In this document: piece by piece, positions 62,578 to 64,000 of the stretch
Position numbering within the stretch: position 1 is the first letter of the stretch
How the letters are laid out: the number at the start of each line of letters is the position of its first letter
Source of the DNA: a virus
Length of the DNA stretch: 64,000 bases
Direction: 5' to 3' (one strand)
IMG/VR virus record: IMGVR_UViG_3300020183_000007
Coordinates: 115,609-179,608 of that record
Notes under the pieces: model-generated
Told to the model about the DNA's origin: nothing
Database searches by the model: none
What the model saw: only the letters and a program-made list of their open reading frames with translations
Translations under genes and position numbers: made by a program

Positions 62578-62697
62578 GATAGCACCGTCTTTTCAATCGG
62601 GTAGAATCATTTTGACACTACATAATAATCATACAGTATAACACAAATGGTGACGCAATGCTCACAATGTTACATCACGCCACCATTATATAGGTAA

Positions 62698-62904
62698 TTA
62701 ATTATTTAATATTTTTAATATTAGAAAAAATAATTTCTGAAGCTGATCCTCTATGACTGATAATATTATCTCCTGCCCATCGCCTAGTATTATTTTAATA
62801 ATATGACCATTTACTAAAGAGCCATCTGTAGCTATCATAGAGGTTTGATTTGTTATTTCTATATTTTTTATAGCTGGCATAAAGCCAGAAAACTCTTCAT
62901 CCAT
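62698..62904 (-). CDS. hypothetical protein
   Basis: 68-aa ORF. Confidence 0.45.
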   Translation of the reverse strand: MDEEFSGFMPAIKNIEITNQTSMIATDGSLVNGHIIKIILGDGQEIILSVIEDQLQKLFFLILKILNN

Positions 62905-63182
62905 TATTTTTTCTTTTTCTTTTTAAAGGTAGCAACATTTTTTGGAGCTTGCCCCTTAACACCTTTTGATGGAGTGCCTTGAGCTCTTTTTCTTTGAACT
63001 GCGCTTCTCCGTTGAGAAGATGATAAGGAATTAGCCTTGGCAATAGGTAGGCATTTTGCGTACCCACCGCCCTTACCAGATGTTCCGCAGGGCTGCCACT
63101 TGCCATTCTTTTTAGGGGCACCAATGTTTACCCATTTCTGATTAAACCATTTAGTTAAGCCAACGCCCTTTGGACCAGCCAT
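62904..63182 (-). CDS. small basic phage protein (GLxxWFxxxW...PCG...KCLP type)
   Basis: GLTKWFNQKWVNI, PCG, KCLP, KRAQG. Confidence 0.65.
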   Translation of the reverse strand: MAGPKGVGLTKWFNQKWVNIGAPKKNGKWQPCGTSGKGGGYAKCLPIAKANSLSSSQRRSAVQRKRAQGTPSKGVKGQAPKNVATFKKKKKK

Positions 63183-63188
63183 ATTATA

Positions 63189-63365
63189 TCACTTTTTCTT
63201 TTTGGGTGCAGAGGTTGTTCTCCATGTTCCGCCTTTAGATTTATACCACTTAGCCGCCCATGCGTTAGCATATGCGGAAGGATATACGTCAAATTTTGAT
63301 CTAGCCATAGATTTAGCTTGGCTCCAAAGCTTTGGATTTTTTGCTACGTTTCTTTTTTGTGCCAT
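63189..63365 (-). CDS. small basic phage protein (58 aa, missed by the ORF track)
   Basis: Manual translation MAQKRNVAKNPKLWSQAKSMARSKFDVYPSAYANAWAAKWYKSKGGTW... Confidence 0.7.
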   Translation of the reverse strand: MAQKRNVAKNPKLWSQAKSMARSKFDVYPSAYANAWAAKWYKSKGGTWRTTSAPKKKK

Positions 63366-63673
63366 TATTCTTGATCCTGATCGTAAATGGTATTGCCAGT
63401 GGTAGAAGTTTTTTCTTTATCTTTTAATCCATTTGCTGCCAGAACTCCCGATAGACAACCAGACAAAAATAATACTATAGGAACTAGCAGTGAGTCAATA
63501 AACGCTTTGTCATTGGGCGACTGCTGATCAATTGGTTGCGTTACAAACACCAGGGCATACATAACGCCAGTTACAATTACGGCGAAAGTGAACGCTAAGG
63601 TTGCTCCGACTATTAAAACCATTCTGGCTTTTATTTCACTATTTGTATATCTTTTCTTTTGATAATTATTCAT
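63365..63673 (-). CDS. two-TM membrane protein (holin/spanin-region candidate)
   Basis: Two TM helices, located downstream of a lipoprotein and an endolysin-like gene. Confidence 0.5.
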   Translation of the reverse strand: MNNYQKKRYTNSEIKARMVLIVGATLAFTFAVIVTGVMYALVFVTQPIDQQSPNDKAFIDSLLVPIVLFLSGCLSGVLAANGLKDKEKTSTTGNTIYDQDQE

Positions 63674-63861
63674 TCTGGAACACTCCCATAAATATCTTCT
63701 GGACATGTTCCAGAAGCGCTACAAATTGGTGGTTTACAATCCGCAGTTTCCCAATTGTTTGGATCCTGACACGGATAACGATATGAATCATTGCATCCGC
63801 TTAAAAGACCCATACAAAAGGCTCCCAATATTGATGCTAGTATTAAAATATATTTACGCAT
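63670..63861 (-). CDS. small lipoprotein
   Basis: LLSGC lipobox; Cys/Pro-rich mature part. Confidence 0.65.
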   Translation of the reverse strand: MRKYILILASILGAFCMGLLSGCNDSYRYPCQDPNNWETADCKPPICSASGTCPEDIYGSVPE

Positions 63862-64000
63862 CAGAACATCTTATCCCATGTGACAGGACCGATAATGCCG
63901 TCATCCTTCAGGCCGTTTGCCTTCTGCCATGCCTTGACTTTTGCTTCAGTGCCAGGACCGAAGTCGCCATCAGCCTTAGCACCAACAATTGCCTGAACCA
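63861..64000 (-). CDS. C-terminal peptidoglycan-binding domain of an endolysin-like protein (partial)
   Basis: Manual translation ...ADGDFGPGTEAKVKAWQKANGLKDDGIIGPVTWDKMF* (PG_binding_1 pattern). Confidence 0.8.
   Translation of the reverse strand, partial: VQAIVGAKADGDFGPGTEAKVKAWQKANGLKDDGIIGPVTWDKMF

Overview
The window looks like 64 kb of a large, AT-rich, dsDNA tailed-phage genome. There are no rRNA genes or bacterial housekeeping operons. It has dense small ORFs, 7 tRNAs, WhiB, SSB, UDG, an SF2 helicase, collagen-like fibre genes and a partial endolysin. WhiB, a short-arm tRNA-Leu(UAA) and an actinobacterial-type surface domain point to an actinobacterial host, possibly Acidimicrobiia (inference). 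Nearly all genes from 1 to ~40.2 kb are on + (early/middle functions). From ~40.2 to 64 kb nearly all are on - (virion decoration, tailoring enzymes, glycosylation, lysis). Main highlights: (1) A nuclease-less Nop/IS110-like protein (5099-6028) is followed by a dual-repeat array with a strict 37-nt period (6126-6525; 11 x RATTAGTAACA alternating with GAATGAATCA, 8-nt unique spacers). This is a TIGR-Tas-type RNA-guided system of the TasA architecture. An orphan unit of the same array lies 3.4 kb away (9955-10002). (2) A candidate single-subunit two-barrel RNA polymerase with a non-canonical catalytic motif lies directly upstream. (3) A complete phage-encoded ubiquitin-like conjugation cassette (E2, JAB, E1, Ubl, AAA ATPase) is present, plus two extra E2-like paralogues. 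(4) A His-rich virion-type protein sits next to a 2OG-oxygenase/flavin-halogenase cluster, and there is a six-gene glycosylation cluster. All protein calls come from motif recognition by eye; no database searches were run.
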